The notes: generated by a model not told the origin, from the sequence alone. Shown: positions 27,318-40,848, counted from the first letter of the stretch. The stretch is 64,000 nucleotides of DNA from Lingula anatina (GCA_051362555.1 CM120642.1:24428001-24492000); one strand, 5' to 3'. A program made the numbers and translations.

Positions 27318-28372
27318 CTGTACAATACTGTGCCGTACATGTACAGTATTGTACAGCACTTTGTACATGTATCTTGCTATACCGTATACCTTACACTGCA
27401 ATACGGAACCATATACGGCAATGGCTCAATCTTTTCAATGGGGAAAACTGTAAATTCTAAAGATATTGTAGTTTGTTCCATTAACTATTGCTTTTAAGAC
27501 TTTTTCCATTGAGTCGTAGTAGCAAAAGTGAAAACCAAGCTACTCTGCAGTTCTATTCTATACCGTAAAAGCACCACAAACACTATCTTAAAATAGAATT
27601 TTAATGATCCCAAAATTATCGATCTGAAAGGCTGATAATTTTGTAATTGAAAACGTCGACTCATTGCCCTAATCGCCAACTTAAGGGTCTGTGTCACTGC
27701 ATACAACGTCTATGACAAGACTCATAAATTATGTAATTTAAAAATAACATTAAACTGAATCGAGAAAATATTGATGCTCTAGTTTTGAAAAGAGACCTTG
27801 GGACAATTGTATTTGCCTTGCACCGTTTATTAGGTCAGTCAGCCTCATTAATGTAGCTCACATGTAGCACTGTTAACTAAATTCGTCTTTAACAAAATAT
27901 AAAAAGAATTTGAATAAAATATTTACGGATGAAATCCATCTAGAGGGAAATATTGTCTGTACACTCGCAGTTTTTTTACCAAACACAAGAAGGCATTCAA
28001 CATACTGCTTTTTTCTGTAAATTACCTTAAATTGTCTGTGCCCAAGGTATAAATCAGCTGAGGCTTCCCTGTCAGAAAAATCGCACCTGTTTTTTTTTTT
28101 TCGAATATAGAATAAATAATTGCATTCCACTGATGACATCTATTGACATTAATGTACAGTAGCTATAAGCCTCATATTGATTCATACGTGTCCTCCGGTT
28201 CCAAATCCCTGTCAGCCCCATTCTCCAACATGGAAGAAAAAACACTACGATGTGAAAATAAGAATACCACATACTTCTTGTGTGGTGGCCGCAAAGCACC
28301 CTGGGTTTCATATAGGTCAGTTTGAAACTACATGTACCTTTATACTTCTGGCGAGTTTCCCGTGACCTCTAA

Positions 28373-28841
28373 GGGTGTATTCCCAGAGATTTAGATCGAT
28401 CCAGGGATTAAGATTTAGATCGACCTAACTACCTGGGGGTTCACGCTAAATTGCAGTCCGCGGAGCGCGCACCATAGTTAATTACCCCCTTACAGCTTTC
28501 AGTGGGCGGGGCAGACGCTTAAGCCGGCTAAGCTGACAGTAATCTACTGAAACTCCCCACAGGGATAGATCGATCTAAAATCTATGGAAATAGGGTCTAA
28601 GGCTGTATTCCCAGAGCTTTTATATCGATCTATCCCAGCGGGAAGTCTCACTAGATTACTGTCAGATAATCTGGCTTAAATGTCCGTCCCGCCTACTATA
28701 AGCTGTAAGGGGGTAATTAGCTTTCGTGCCCGCCCGGCTGACAGCTATTTAGCGTGAACCCCCAGGGAGTTAGGTCGATCTAAAGTAGATCGATCTAATC
28801 TCTGGAAATGAGGTCTAAGACCTAACTCTGGGAATACAGCC
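28373..28841. mobile_element. Tandem stack of three related MITEs at one TAA site
   Basis: Units 28373-28597, 28601-28815 and 28819-28841 are separated and flanked by TAA. Empty site GTGACATCTAAAAGGCAGG at ~47730. Confidence 0.8.
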
Positions 28842-28967
28842 TAAAAGGCAGGGGATCGCAATACTTAATTTTTCTATACTCTTAGGAGGTCCCTGATATC
28901 AGAGAGTAAATTTAGGCGTGGGTGTGGCGGATGCATGGAGTTGTACTTCCCACACACCCCCTGTATA

Positions 28968-29140
28968 GGGGAGACCGGGGCTAGTTGGATCCCGGGGTAA
29001 GTTGCCCCCCCCCCCCTCATCAAGTCTCTTTAATAAATTAACATTTTAAAGATGCTAAATTATTTCATTTCGACTCACTGCCGACGCTTTCTTAGCACTA
29101 TTGCATACGGCTACTTTACAAAATGATGTGATTAATTCTT
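28968..29140. mobile_element. Truncated TA-flanked MITE (complete copy at 47861-48115)
   Basis: Left TIR GGGGAGACCGGGGCTAGTTGGATCCC present; right half replaced by PPAT sequence. Confidence 0.7.
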
Positions 29141-29152
29141 AGATGATAGATG

Positions 29153-29479
29153 ATAGATGATTCCATTGTTCGTGGGAACACCATGGCACCCATTGTGGGA
29201 CTTTTAAAGCAATCGGGAGCCAAAGAGGTAAAGTACAAAGGACAAATTCTGTGTAATGTGCATTCTTTATCAGTGTAATGCAATGATATTTTTCGCCAGT
29301 AGGTTTACATTATGGTTAAGAAGTATTTGGTTACTCTTTTTTTCTTTCTTTTTTCTAGGTTTATGTTCGTGAGGCCTCTCCACCAATTAAGTATCCATGT
29401 TACATGGGGATAAACATTCCAACAAAAGAAGAGCTCATAGCCAACAAGCTATCCCTTGACAAGTTATAAGTTTACTTGG
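29153..29479 (+). pseudogene. PPAT: Intron-containing fragment of amidophosphoribosyltransferase
   Basis: Exon pieces 29153-29227 ([25 protein letters not shown]) and 29359-29479 ([39 protein letters not shown]). Contains the PRPP-binding DDSIVRGxT motif; in-frame TAA at 29467-29469. Confidence 0.92.
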
Positions 29480-29958
29480 GTGGGTTTGAAAAAGTGTCTT
29501 TGGTTTGACTTTCATATTATTTCACAAGTATTAGACCTTTAAAGGTACATACGAACCTAGCATCAGTGGAGTGTGGATTCCGAGTAACACATGTAAACCA
29601 CTTCTACTAGATTCTTATATGACTCAAATAAATTCGACATGCCAAGGGATAAACTGAATAGATCACTCGATAAGCCATAAAAGACCTTTAGACTGCTCCT
29701 TTCTTTAAATTTATGGTTGTAAATTTAACCTACATTCGTGACCTACTTTCCTGCCCCATTGACATACAGCTTAGAATGCCAGCAGAAAAATCCATTCAAA
29801 CATCATTTTCGGGTAAAATTAAACAATGCTTTTTGGTAATTCTCTTAGTTATACTACTTGAAACTATATGCTGGTATTTGGTTGGTTTTTGTGACAAAAT
29901 ATTGACTTTGTATGCATCTTTAAGGTTGCAGACTGTTGTAAGTAGGGGCAAGTAATAA

Positions 29959-30181
29959 GGCTCCGTTCACATGACAAGTCTATTTTCTAAAAATCTATTT
30001 TCTATTCGCAATATCTTGTGATCACGGTCTGTGCCCTGAATACCCCACGGCGTAATTGCTGGCAGCGCAAGCCAGTTACTTCCAAGCTGTAATTAATTCT
30101 CGGCTGCGCTCGGAGTGATCACAAGATACCGCGAATAGAAAATAGATTTTTAGTAAAAAGATTTTTCTTGTGAACGGAGTC
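29959..30181. mobile_element. Harbinger/Tourist-like MITE
   Basis: Long TIRs GGCTCCGTTCACATGA...TGTGAACGGAGTC, flanked by TAA and TTA. Confidence 0.82.
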
Positions 30182-31029
30182 TTAGTTTCTTAAAATTTTA
30201 TTTTATTTTATTTATTTTTTTTTTTTTTTGTATTTGCTTGAAAACCAAAGCTTTACGAATTTTTGACAGTTATTAAATTATATCAGTTTTTGTAACATGC
30301 ATGGCAGCAACAAGGAAAAGATATTACACATTTTCCAATTTCTTTTATGATAGAAAGTGCACTTCTTGGTAAGATTTCTTGAATTTGCTGGCAAATTTTT
30401 GGTTCAGCATACTGAATAATTTGTTTTAAACAGAGTAGAACAGTAGTAGATTTTATTTAAATGTAGTTTTGACAACTTCTGTCGCCGACAAAGAGCGTTA
30501 CATTCTCATAGTCCAGGGCTGGCTTTTCAGGTATTAGAAAAGATCTGAAATGTTTTTAAAAAGTTTGATAAATCTTTTTAAGAGGGGCTTTTTTTGGAGT
30601 GTCATTTAGCTTCTAAGAAATTATGGCTGTTTGACAGATATATTCCTGTATGAAATTATACCGAATGAGCAAGACGCGTCATTTTTGTCAGTAGTCTACA
30701 GGTCAGTCGAAGATCAGATAACAGAAATAAAGGTTGTCGTCACATGTCAGTCATGGTATACTAACCCAAGCGTGTAGCATTATGTGACACATCGAATGGA
30801 GCTGACGCTTTTAAAAGCCGGCTAAGCTGACAGTAATCCAGTGAGTCTACCCACAGGGATAGATCGATCTATAATCTATGAGAGTGGGGTCCTTGTCTCT
30901 AAAAATAAGCAGTGCTTCTTTTCTTAGTTTCCTAGACGACCTGTGAAATGTCCCTATGTTAATGTTATATTTCATGACACGACGTATGCCACATTGTAAT
31001 TATGTTGTGCATTGTATTTTCTTTTCCAG

Positions 31030-32445
31030 CCTCGGAGCTCGTCATGACGCCACTCCTGCCTCTCGAGGGCACTTAATGGCTGCCTCTGTTTTTGAGCTCA
31101 ATGTGGCGACTCTTTTTCAACTTTATAAGTTCTCCTCTTGTTCCATAGAGAAATTTAAAGAAACCCTGACGTAAGTGGCCCCCGGCGCTTTGTTCAAATG
31201 TGGGTTACCACGGGCCTGATAAGTTTTTCAATTTGATCGAAAAAGAAAATAAATTTCGTAAAAAAACACGGGATGTTGAGCTTAGCTAGGACGGCTAAAA
31301 TTGGATAGCCGACTACGTGAAGTAAATACTGCAATAAATGGTCAATAGTGCAATACTGATGAAAGAATTTTTAAGTATGATTGGCTTATAATAACTATTA
31401 ATTTGACACAAAGAAATAGGCTACTATCCCAGATATCTAACGTTTGTTAATTACCAATCACAATTTACTCAATAATTAATAAAATAAAAAAGACAGCCTT
31501 TTAAGATCTTTATGAAAAGCAACCTACTTGAAAAAGTAATACTAATAGTAGTAGTAGTAGGTTCTGTATGTAACACAAAAAAAATTGTATTACTATTTTT
31601 GTATTGTTTTGTTTATGTAAATTAAGCTTTTAAAATCACTATGCAGATAGTAAAACAGCGTTTTATATTAGTTCATAGTATTTTACGATAAATATTCATT
31701 TTCCACGCATAAAATAAATGTTAACATAATTATTAAAATGTTATTATATTTGTACCACCCATCTAGAGATGCCTGTTGTCTCGCTGACGGTGGACATTAC
31801 GAAAATGAGAAAGAATATAAACATTTGACGAAAAAGCTTCACGGGGAACAATACAATGCAGACGAACAATGTCAGCTGGTATTTGGAAACGAGTCGAAAG
31901 CATGCACGGTAATCTCCCTTCTTTTCTTCAAAAATATTCCATCCATTTCTTTTTAATAATTTAAAGACATTCCCCCATTGGTTGCTTGGGGTCAGGATAA
32001 CTCTGATTTTTCCTCATAATTCACATCCAGCAGGACTTGAAATATCTTATCACTCCTCGTTTTGACTGACTGAGATCTGGCTCTTCTTTCAAGCTTGACA
32101 GTAAACTATCAACCAACAATGGCAGTGTTAACATAAGAATAAATATTTTACAACCTTAAAAACATAAGAAAAGGCATAATAAAAACATAGGTTCCTTTAA
32201 TTGTCAGTGTTGAAACTCTTGTTAGGGCATTTTGTCCGCCATTTTGAAAATTGTCATTTTACCATCCTCAATGGCTGTTGTGAGAAAAAAATAGTTGCAC
32301 ATGTGTGTTTAGCATCATTTTGTGCCATATTAAACACTCACTTATCAAAAATTTGTGCTTCACTCAACACTTTTCAATTCAATTACATACATACATATAA
32401 TTACTACTTTTCTTCAAAAATATTCCATCCATTCTTTCTTCTCTC

Positions 32446-32481
<36 letters not shown>

Positions 32482-32752
32482 GAAGTCTCTCAAAGATATG
32501 CATTAGTTCTGTTAAAAATTGATGTTTTCTGATTGTTCTTTCAGCCCATCGAATCTCCAGAATTTTGCCATTTTCTACTTTGCAATACCGCCACGGCCTG
32601 CTCTATTCAACTGAATCCGATGGATGGCACTTACTGCGGAAAAGGAAAATGGTGTATAGAGGGCGCCTGTGTAAGTAAAAGGGCGCCTCTTCGCTCGCAC
32701 TATACTCAACGACGCGGGGCTAGTGGTGAACCAACTTCTTGGTGTTCAGAAG
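31030..32752 (+). pseudogene. 5'-less ADAMTS/reprolysin-like metalloprotease exons
   Basis: Phase-compatible exons 31030-31170 (LGARHD...HLMA...FSSCS; third zinc His and Met-turn), 31767-31908 (CL...GEQYNADEQCQLVFG) and 32545-32752 (C..L.C...PMDGTYCGKGKWCIEGACV). The HExxH exon is not seen upstream. The exons are open, so membership of a larger gene is not excluded. Confidence 0.8.
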
Positions 32753-32791
32753 GTAAGAGGGGAATGACAGTGTTTAATACGACTTGGTTAA

Positions 32792-33109
32792 AGGGATAAC
32801 AACAGTATTTTGACCAAAAAATATTTCCCATTGTCCATACTTACAATTGATTAATGAATCCAATCCCACATTCAAAGTTAGTCCCTGTTTTTTTTAAGAG
32901 TTTGTTTTTTTTGCAATAATTTTTTGTGAGAGATTATTACAGAGTGTAGCCATCTATGGAGGTCACGTGATGTGATGGCAAGTACAAATTCAAGAATAAT
33001 TGAGTTTACCGCCGTTTTGGTGGGAAAATAGAATTTGTTACATTTCTATGAGTTGTTTACAATGTATTGATTGTGAAATATGGATATCTTACGAACAGCT
33101 GTTATCCCT
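32792..33109. mobile_element. Kolobok-type MITE
   Basis: TTAA-AGGGATAACA ... TGTTATCCCT-TTAA. Confidence 0.7.
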
Positions 33110-36100
33110 TTAAGGCTTGAACAGGTCCTTCAAGTTTTCAAGGTAATTATAAAGCCCACTGTTCTCATTCAACGAGGATATCTGACTTTCACCACAATTT
33201 GCCTAGTACAATTTAACAATTTTAACATTAAATAATAAAGAAATAAGTATTATTTTTTAAGATGGATTTTAAATCTGCAAGCGCCGAAATCTAGGTAATG
33301 CCAAAGAGTTATTCACTTAAGAAACGCCCATTATCTTATCATAAATTGTTTGACTGTCAAGTGCATATTACCGTTATCTTTCGTCTTTCAGTACTATGGT
33401 AATGATGGGGATATAAAGACTTGTAAAATGCCCAGAAAATACAGTACCTCCATACGCCATAGGACTACCACGTTTTTTTTATATTTGTAGTCCAAGAGAG
33501 TACTATATTGTTACAGTGTCATTGACAAAAGTATATATAGTGGGTGTTGACGGTTTCTATCAATACTACCCGGAACGCTGCCCAAGACAAGATCCACAGG
33601 ACAAGAAAGGGAAAGAGAGGTATAATGTATTGTTTTATGCAGCATCTTCCTTTTTTTAACGTATTATCATGGCATAGACATATATCCTTTATAACATATA
33701 GCCTAGTATAAAGGAATTACACTATCGGTTTCCTTCTCATGTATTTCTCGGGGTTTGCAATTTCACTTGGCAGCTGATTTTTGTTAGCGATATGTGCTTT
33801 ATTGTTTTATGTATGAACACTTGGAAAACACGATGGTTATAACTGTTATGTAAAATGGTGATTTTTAACATATTTCATCTTTTATTATTGATTTAAATGG
33901 AAAGATAATATGTGCTAAACAGCCGAGTTTTTTATAGAGATATTTATAATGTTTTTACATTTATAAAACAATTTTATGCCTAAATTTGATTTATCAAAAC
34001 TATTTTAACTCATTCCGTGCTGACCAAAAAAGTGTAACTAATAAAGATTTATTATCTACAATTTTACGTAGTTTTTTTAATATTAAAATATCAAATGAAC
34101 ACACAATGTAGACCTACGCAGCATGTCACTTTCTCCTGCGGCTGGCAAAAATGTAGATACATTATATATGTATACAGTCGTTTTGCTATATTGTAACCGT
34201 GGTTGGTTAAGTCCTCTTTACACTGGCCGGCATCCTTTCTGCGTCCCGCAGTGCGGCCCCGTTTGAGAGTTAAAAATAATACTTTACGAACCGACAACTG
34301 GCCGATCATTGAGCATTCATTTTGCAACCAAAGTGATGTTTGTGCCTCCGTTCTACGACCACAGCGATGCCAGTTTCATGCCACACGCCACAAATCTACC
34401 AATCTATATACAAATCTATCTCTTGTAAAAAAAAAGTAAATTTCTCATCTATCATTACTATTATTTTCATACAAGGACACAGGTTAACGTTTTCTTTTCT
34501 TTACTCTATCTCTGACTCTATGTTTGTGTCCGGTTGGTAAACAAGATACATAAAACTGAACACTGGGACTTCATTTCTTCTTTTAGTTGCCCTAAACATG
34601 AATATATTATCCGAGTACCGTCACAACTACGTGCCTGGGACTCGTACCTGGGACTGGCTTAAACCAAATTACCTCACCTCTGATGACTTTTTTTTAGGTG
34701 GAAGAGATAAAAAAAAGCCAAATGACAGTAATGAACCACAACTATTTCCTCAACTTTAGAATCATTACCTGATCTCCCTTTTCCGTCAGCTTAAAGTGGG
34801 TGGATATTTATTATTTAAAATGTATAACTTTGAAGACACTTTAGTTTCTTGTTTAGACTTCTCTTTTGTGGTTTGGATTTACATTTAAGAGTGAAAATAG
34901 ATAGTGTAACACTACCGCTATATTACTGTTTACTGGATCTATATCCCTGCACTTGACCAGACCATGGGACCCCAAGTTTTTCTTTCCTCTTTTCTTTTTT
35001 TAAACTAATCTTGGCACGTGTAGTCCTTCCTTTCTCCCGTATTTGAAGGTCTTTGCATTTTGAACTGTTTTGGACCGTCTCATCTGCTGTCTTTAAAACC
35101 ACAGGAGGGGACCTGCACCAAACAAACTAGCTTCCTGTCAGTGCCAGTTGTAAATTATTTCATGTCAAATGGACTCTTTGCGCAACACGATCGAATTGAT
35201 GAATTACGTCAATAACAATTGCACTTATGCAACAAGCATTAACATCCCATAGCCGTACATTGCCATACATGGTCCACGTTATACCCAGACAAACTCAACA
35301 AGGTAAAACAGTGCATTTTATGGTGTTGTTTTGGTACATGTGTACTGATTTTGGTGGGAATCCGACCAATAACTTGAATGCTCCGCGCTTTTTATTTGTA
35401 TTTGTCTCACCGCTTATCCACGCTACTTAATTCTATACAGGTATTCAATATAAGCTATACGACCTCGTGGAAGAATACAGAGAAATGCTTGAAAGAGAAA
35501 GGGGTGTTTATATGTTGAAAATCCGAAATATAAAGGTCAAAATCAGAAAAAAAACAATTTTTAAAAAGTTATGCAGGGTGCACATGTACTTCTTTTAGAA
35601 CTAACGTTATCTGCAATAAACTCTTCTTCCAGTCGTTACAAATTTTGATAATAATGATCATTTTACACTAGAGAGTATTTGTGAAAACGGATGGGGGTAT
35701 CTGGGTCACAACGACCTGGCACTCATCGTCAAATGATGCAACTTTTTGTAGATCAAATTATTTCTGTGCGCGCTCTAACCTTCACTTCTGAAAATATAAC
35801 TATATGCATGTTATGTAGTTCGTCTCTTTCAAATTTATACAGTGACCTTGACACTCCTGCGGCACCTGTGCGGAATTTTGAGGCTTGCACGACAGATATG
35901 ACGAATTAGAAAATACAATTTTGATGACATGTTTACGGTGTTGAACTTTCCTGATTGGGTAATAAGCGAACATTGTTGTGTCACCCTCTCGTTTTTTCAC
36001 TGGCCTTTTTCAGTTTTATCAACAAACCCGTTTATATAATTCAAATACTGTATGTTTAGAAGAAAACTTTGCTGAACAAGCACAAAGTTTGCAGCTTTTT

Positions 36101-37561
36101 ATACTTTTTAACCATCAGACCTAGCCGAACAATTTTACACCCCCACCCCCCTAAAAAAAAAGTTGTAAAAGAATAAAAGTGCTGTCAGCGAGGGGAGAAC
36201 GTGAAATTTCCGTAGATCACTTTACACTTTACTGGTATTGTGGACATTTATCATAATTAATGAAGCCCGTCTACTGTGACTAGCGTCTCCTTGTCGAAAA
36301 CTTCCCCTGTGCGCTTATGGCCCCTAATTTGCTCACTCTCAGGCTCGATTGGGTTTAGGTGGGGGTGGGTGGAGGAGGGGGGGGAGGGGGGGGGTTGGGA
36401 CGTGTTAACCACGTTACACCCTCGCTAAGAAAGGGCTTGGCGTATGTCTTTTATCTCTGGCCAGTATGTACTTACTAGAGAATATCTTAAGTTGAGAAGA
36501 AAGACATCTTGAGGTGAGCTGTGGTTTACAATATTTACTATGAATTGCTAAATAAGATTTTTAAAACAGACACGTGCACAGTGCAACACGATTCACACCA
36601 ATAAGTAAATAAGGTGGAATTGGAAAGACAGTGAAATATGGATAAGATATGCAAGTACGAGTGAATAAGGTTGAATAGAGAAAGTCCTATTGCTAACAAT
36701 GAAAGGGATTACTTAGGTTTAACGGGACGGAACTCGTTAATATCACCGATAAGTTAATAAAGATCATTTCCATTTTTCATTGCCTATCTACATTGATATA
36801 CTATGATGATGATTTGACTATCATATATTTGTCATTTGTGTCAAATTTACCATAGCATTACAAAAAGAATGTTTTTTATAAATATTTATTTTGTCACGTT
36901 TACAGTGCACATTTTTTTTAATGGTTCACATTACATTTAATTTAACTCTTTGAATGTTTGTATTTTAACCACAAGTTGATGCCTTAATTGTTAGTAAGAA
37001 AAAAATGTACCGCCGGCAAGTATATTATTTCTAGAAAATTCATTTTTTGTTTTTGCTCTATGAAGGTCGAACGCTCATTGTCTGTCTTTAAACGAGTTTG
37101 TGGAAATGGAAATCCCATGATTGTTATGATGATGAAAAGAATAATGATATTAATTTTGGTGTCTGGCATCGCCTGGGGATTGGCCAAAGCTCGAGTTATG
37201 GTATATAAGCAGTGACCACGACGGACGAATTGGCATTTGAAGAGGTACAGGTAAGGCACTGTAAGAACAGCTCGCGGGGGAGTTTCATTCATTATAATAT
37301 GAACACTAGATATATCATGAGCAAGTGAATAAGGCAAGTCACGCAATGGCTCGTTTTAATGATTCAAATAGAAATAGTTTAAGTGGCATTGCTCTCAGTA
37401 CAGCTAAAAGAATTTTTGATTTGTAGGTAATTATCTTGGATCTTTTGAGATTGAAAACAGAATGTATACTTTAAACCGTAAACGAGCAAAAGATTGCCTC
37501 AAATTCTTTCCGCATTTACAATATTTCTTTCCTTTCAGGTAACAATCACATCTAGTGTTCA

Positions 37562-40032
37562 ATGGAGACTACAATGGTGCTTTTCGCCGCGTTGTGTATT
37601 TCTGTTGTTGTTCAAATACAAGGTACGTGCGCCTCGATTTCATTTTTTTTTCTATTATTTGTCCAAAACAAAATTCATCCACACTGGCGATGATTGTTAT
37701 GGTTTTACTTACTGACTGCAAGAAAAGAAGTACACAATACCAGAAGTACTGTATACCTTTTTTTAATGCATATAGCTGATTGTGTAAGTTAAAGAAAAAA
37801 GGACTGAAATTTTTTCATGTGCGTTTTGATTGTGTGTTATAAAGCTGAAAATTTAAAAAAGACGATATTGTTTCGAAAAGCAATTCAGAACACCAAAATG
37901 GTTTTTTATTTTTTATTTATTTTATTTATTTTTTTTTTTTTTTTGCACAGGTCACAGTTGGTCTAGATGGTATGATCGCGACAACCCTTCGGGTACCGGC
38001 GACTGGGAAACTGTCGCTGATCTGCGGGTACGTGGTGTCTGCCTTTTCTGTTTGAACATCTTATTGACTGGCGAATACAGGATCTTGCTGTGGGTGGGTG
38101 GGTGGGGGGTGGTGGGGGAGATGGGGGGCATAAAGAGCGAAGAGATGTAGCCAATAAGAAATAGTTGTTGATGAGTACAATCACATTGTCATCCATAGTT
38201 CTCAGATTTGAAAATGGTGGCGTGTTTTGTCTCGCTCTCTTTTGTTATAGTGAAAAGAAGGTGATGTTGAAGCCACTTTGTACCACACATACGTCATTGT
38301 TACTCACAGCAGTGATAGTCAAATGGGTTTGAATGCCTACACGATTTTGAGAGGCTATCAAAGAAGAGAAAAAGCAGCATTCCAACCAATTTCTCTATCA
38401 ATTTCAGAAATCTCACTACATTTGTGGTGGTTGCAAGCCGATTGGGGCCGAGTGTCGTGTTAAAGGCTCCTCTACTGTCTTCACGCGCTGGAGGGGTTCT
38501 GCACCCGATAAGCTCGCTGCCAACTGCCTCCCAACTAAGGGTCTGATATGCAAGAACGCCGATCAAGGCTCTGGAGGCTACTGCAAGGACTACGAGATAC
38601 GGTTTCTCTGCCCTTCTACAAGTAAGAATGACTTTAAACAACCCATTTTAATATATTTTAATTGAAAACTAAAAGTTAAAATAACAAAGTGCTTTAGACA
38701 TTTATACTTCCATTATGACTTCTGGAACCGTTTTTAGAAGGCTTGGCATTATCATTATTTTTGTAATTTTATCACTGTTATTTACGTTTTACATTTGTAG
38801 GGGTGGAAACGGGACCGTATTTGGATAGAGATGACCCAAGTGCGACTGGAGACTGGGAAAGCGTGTCTAGTTTTCGGGTAATCAAAAATTTAGTTTTATA
38901 ACTACGCATTGGTTTTGTGAAAAAATGAGTTTTCAAATAATATACAATGGCGACCTGTGACTTTTCTGAATATCTAAATTCTGTAAAATATTTTGTACGT
39001 TTATTTTGTAAAAAAAGATTAGAAACGATTTAATGCATAGAAAGCGGTCCTGTTAAAACCTTAACATTAAAAAACTGAAAAGCTGGTTCACAGCAATTTT
39101 TATTTGATCCAAACAAATAATTATTATTTAGACATTTCCCGAAATAGGCACTGACAATGCTTACAGCTATAGTTCAGCACGATGGGCTATTGTTTAAAAG
39201 TCCATATTTCCTTGTGAAGAAATCTGTCAAAGAAGAAAGTATTAGGTCAATACGGGTGTTTCAGATCTTCGACAAAGACCTATTTTCTTTGCAGACAACT
39301 GATAATAACAACATTTGCCGTGGTGTTCGACCCCTTTGTACGCTCTGCCGTGACAAGAGCAACAAGACGCCATATTATAGAACTGGGGACAAGTTCAATG
39401 CCGGGCTGGCGTGTGGCTGGGACACTGGACTCGTGTGTACCACTGAGGTGAACGGCAAATACTGCAGAGATTACGAAGTGCAGTTTCGCTGCCCTGTCAT
39501 CGGTAGGTAAACTTTTATCCCAAACTTCAGTTCTAATGTGTGTCAGTTTCGTCGTGTTAAATCAAATATATTAATAAATAATTTCATTAATTGATACAAT
39601 ATGGAAATATTAAGCTTGTCCACATCGTCTCTGAACCACAGGCTTGTAAACATTGCGGCGGAGTACTGTAACACTTTAAAATTTCGAATGGAATATTGAA
39701 CTCTCTCTCCCCGCGTGAATACAGTATGTATGCGTGCCTATGCGCTGAAACAGAGGAAGAGTAGCGTTAGTCGTATGGTGATTTGGTAGGTGCAAATTGT
39801 AGCAAATATATGCTATACCAGTTGTTATGGGTATTTTAATGCCAATTACAAAGTGTACACTTCCAAAGTGTACATTAACACCCCATACTGTTTCAGGCAA
39901 GGCCAACCGTATTTAAAACTCAACAAGGTAACATAAAAACTCAGTGGAAACAAGAAAATCTAAGTGACTCCGGTGCTTTTTACATCATTTTTCATTCATC
40001 GGTTGATTACTCTTTTGACTTTTGAAGGTAGA

Positions 40033-40098
<66 letters not shown>

Positions 40099-40848
40099 TC
40101 CAATTTCTTCTAGTTATGGCGTTCCTAGTTACTGTTTATGGCTATAGTGGACCTATTATTGTCTTCTAGGAACTTGCCCGACATGTGGAAACGCACGTTG
40201 GACGAACTGGCTGAACAGAGACAGTCCTACTGCTACCGGAGATTGGGAGCACGTCGGGCCAACAGGACACAACCCGGTATCGCTATTTTTCCGCATTAAA
40301 TTAATTAATAGCTGTTAATATTGCCCTATTATGACCTACCCTGTAAATTTAAAAACAACAGTGCGATTTTTATGTAGACTATTATCTATTTGCCATTTGT
40401 ATCCAATTAACTGTAGCACTACACAAAGCATGATTTTTTCTTATTAATATCATATTTTCCTCGGTTTACGGTGCGTTTTCAGTCCACAAAAAAAACTGAA
40501 ACTTTTGAAACATAATACAATGCATTTGATCTGATTTTGATGTCTATATACGAATACAAGAAAATGATGCTAACTTTACGCAATTGTCTTGTTTTTCTTA
40601 TATTTTTCTTTTCTATTTTCTCTTTTCTTTTTTCCATTTAAATTTCTATACTCCTTTTGTTCCAGTGCAACAGCCACGAGCCTATTGACATCCAATGTCG
40701 TGAAAGATCCACCGGGCGGCCATGGGACCAAACCGGGCAGGTTTTCAAAAATAAATGCACTCCTTCTGAGGGTCTCGTTTGCGTCAATGCGGATCAGGCC
40801 TCCAGACAGTCTTGCAAGGACTACGAGGTCCGCTTCCTGTGCCCATAG
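37562..40848 (+). CDS. Secreted triple CysD/WxxW-domain protein, copy D (intact, more diverged)
   Basis: Exons 37562-37622, 37951-38027, 38408-38621, 38801-38877, 39295-39502, 40170-40276, 40666-40848. Substitutions versus A include DNPSGTG, CPTC and RSTGRPW. Confidence 0.92.

Larger units (their letters stand above)
9041..28790. repeat. Large head-to-head inverted duplication (copies B and C)
   Basis: 9041-15830 is the reverse complement of ~20009-28790, apart from TE indels and one replaced 3'-flank segment. Confidence 0.88.

Noticed and set aside
1-28790. A, B and C as a pure assembly artefact
   Set aside because: The copies differ by many SNPs and by distinct TE insertions with proper target duplications. 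Inclusion of an alternative haplotype cannot be fully excluded without reads.
31961-32200. TTAA-bounded segment as a Kolobok MITE
   Set aside because: The ends share only AG...CT; no real TIR.
29140-33940. Helitron capture explaining the PPAT and ADAMTS fragments
   Set aside because: No convincing 5' TC start with a 3' GC hairpin plus CTRR end was found.
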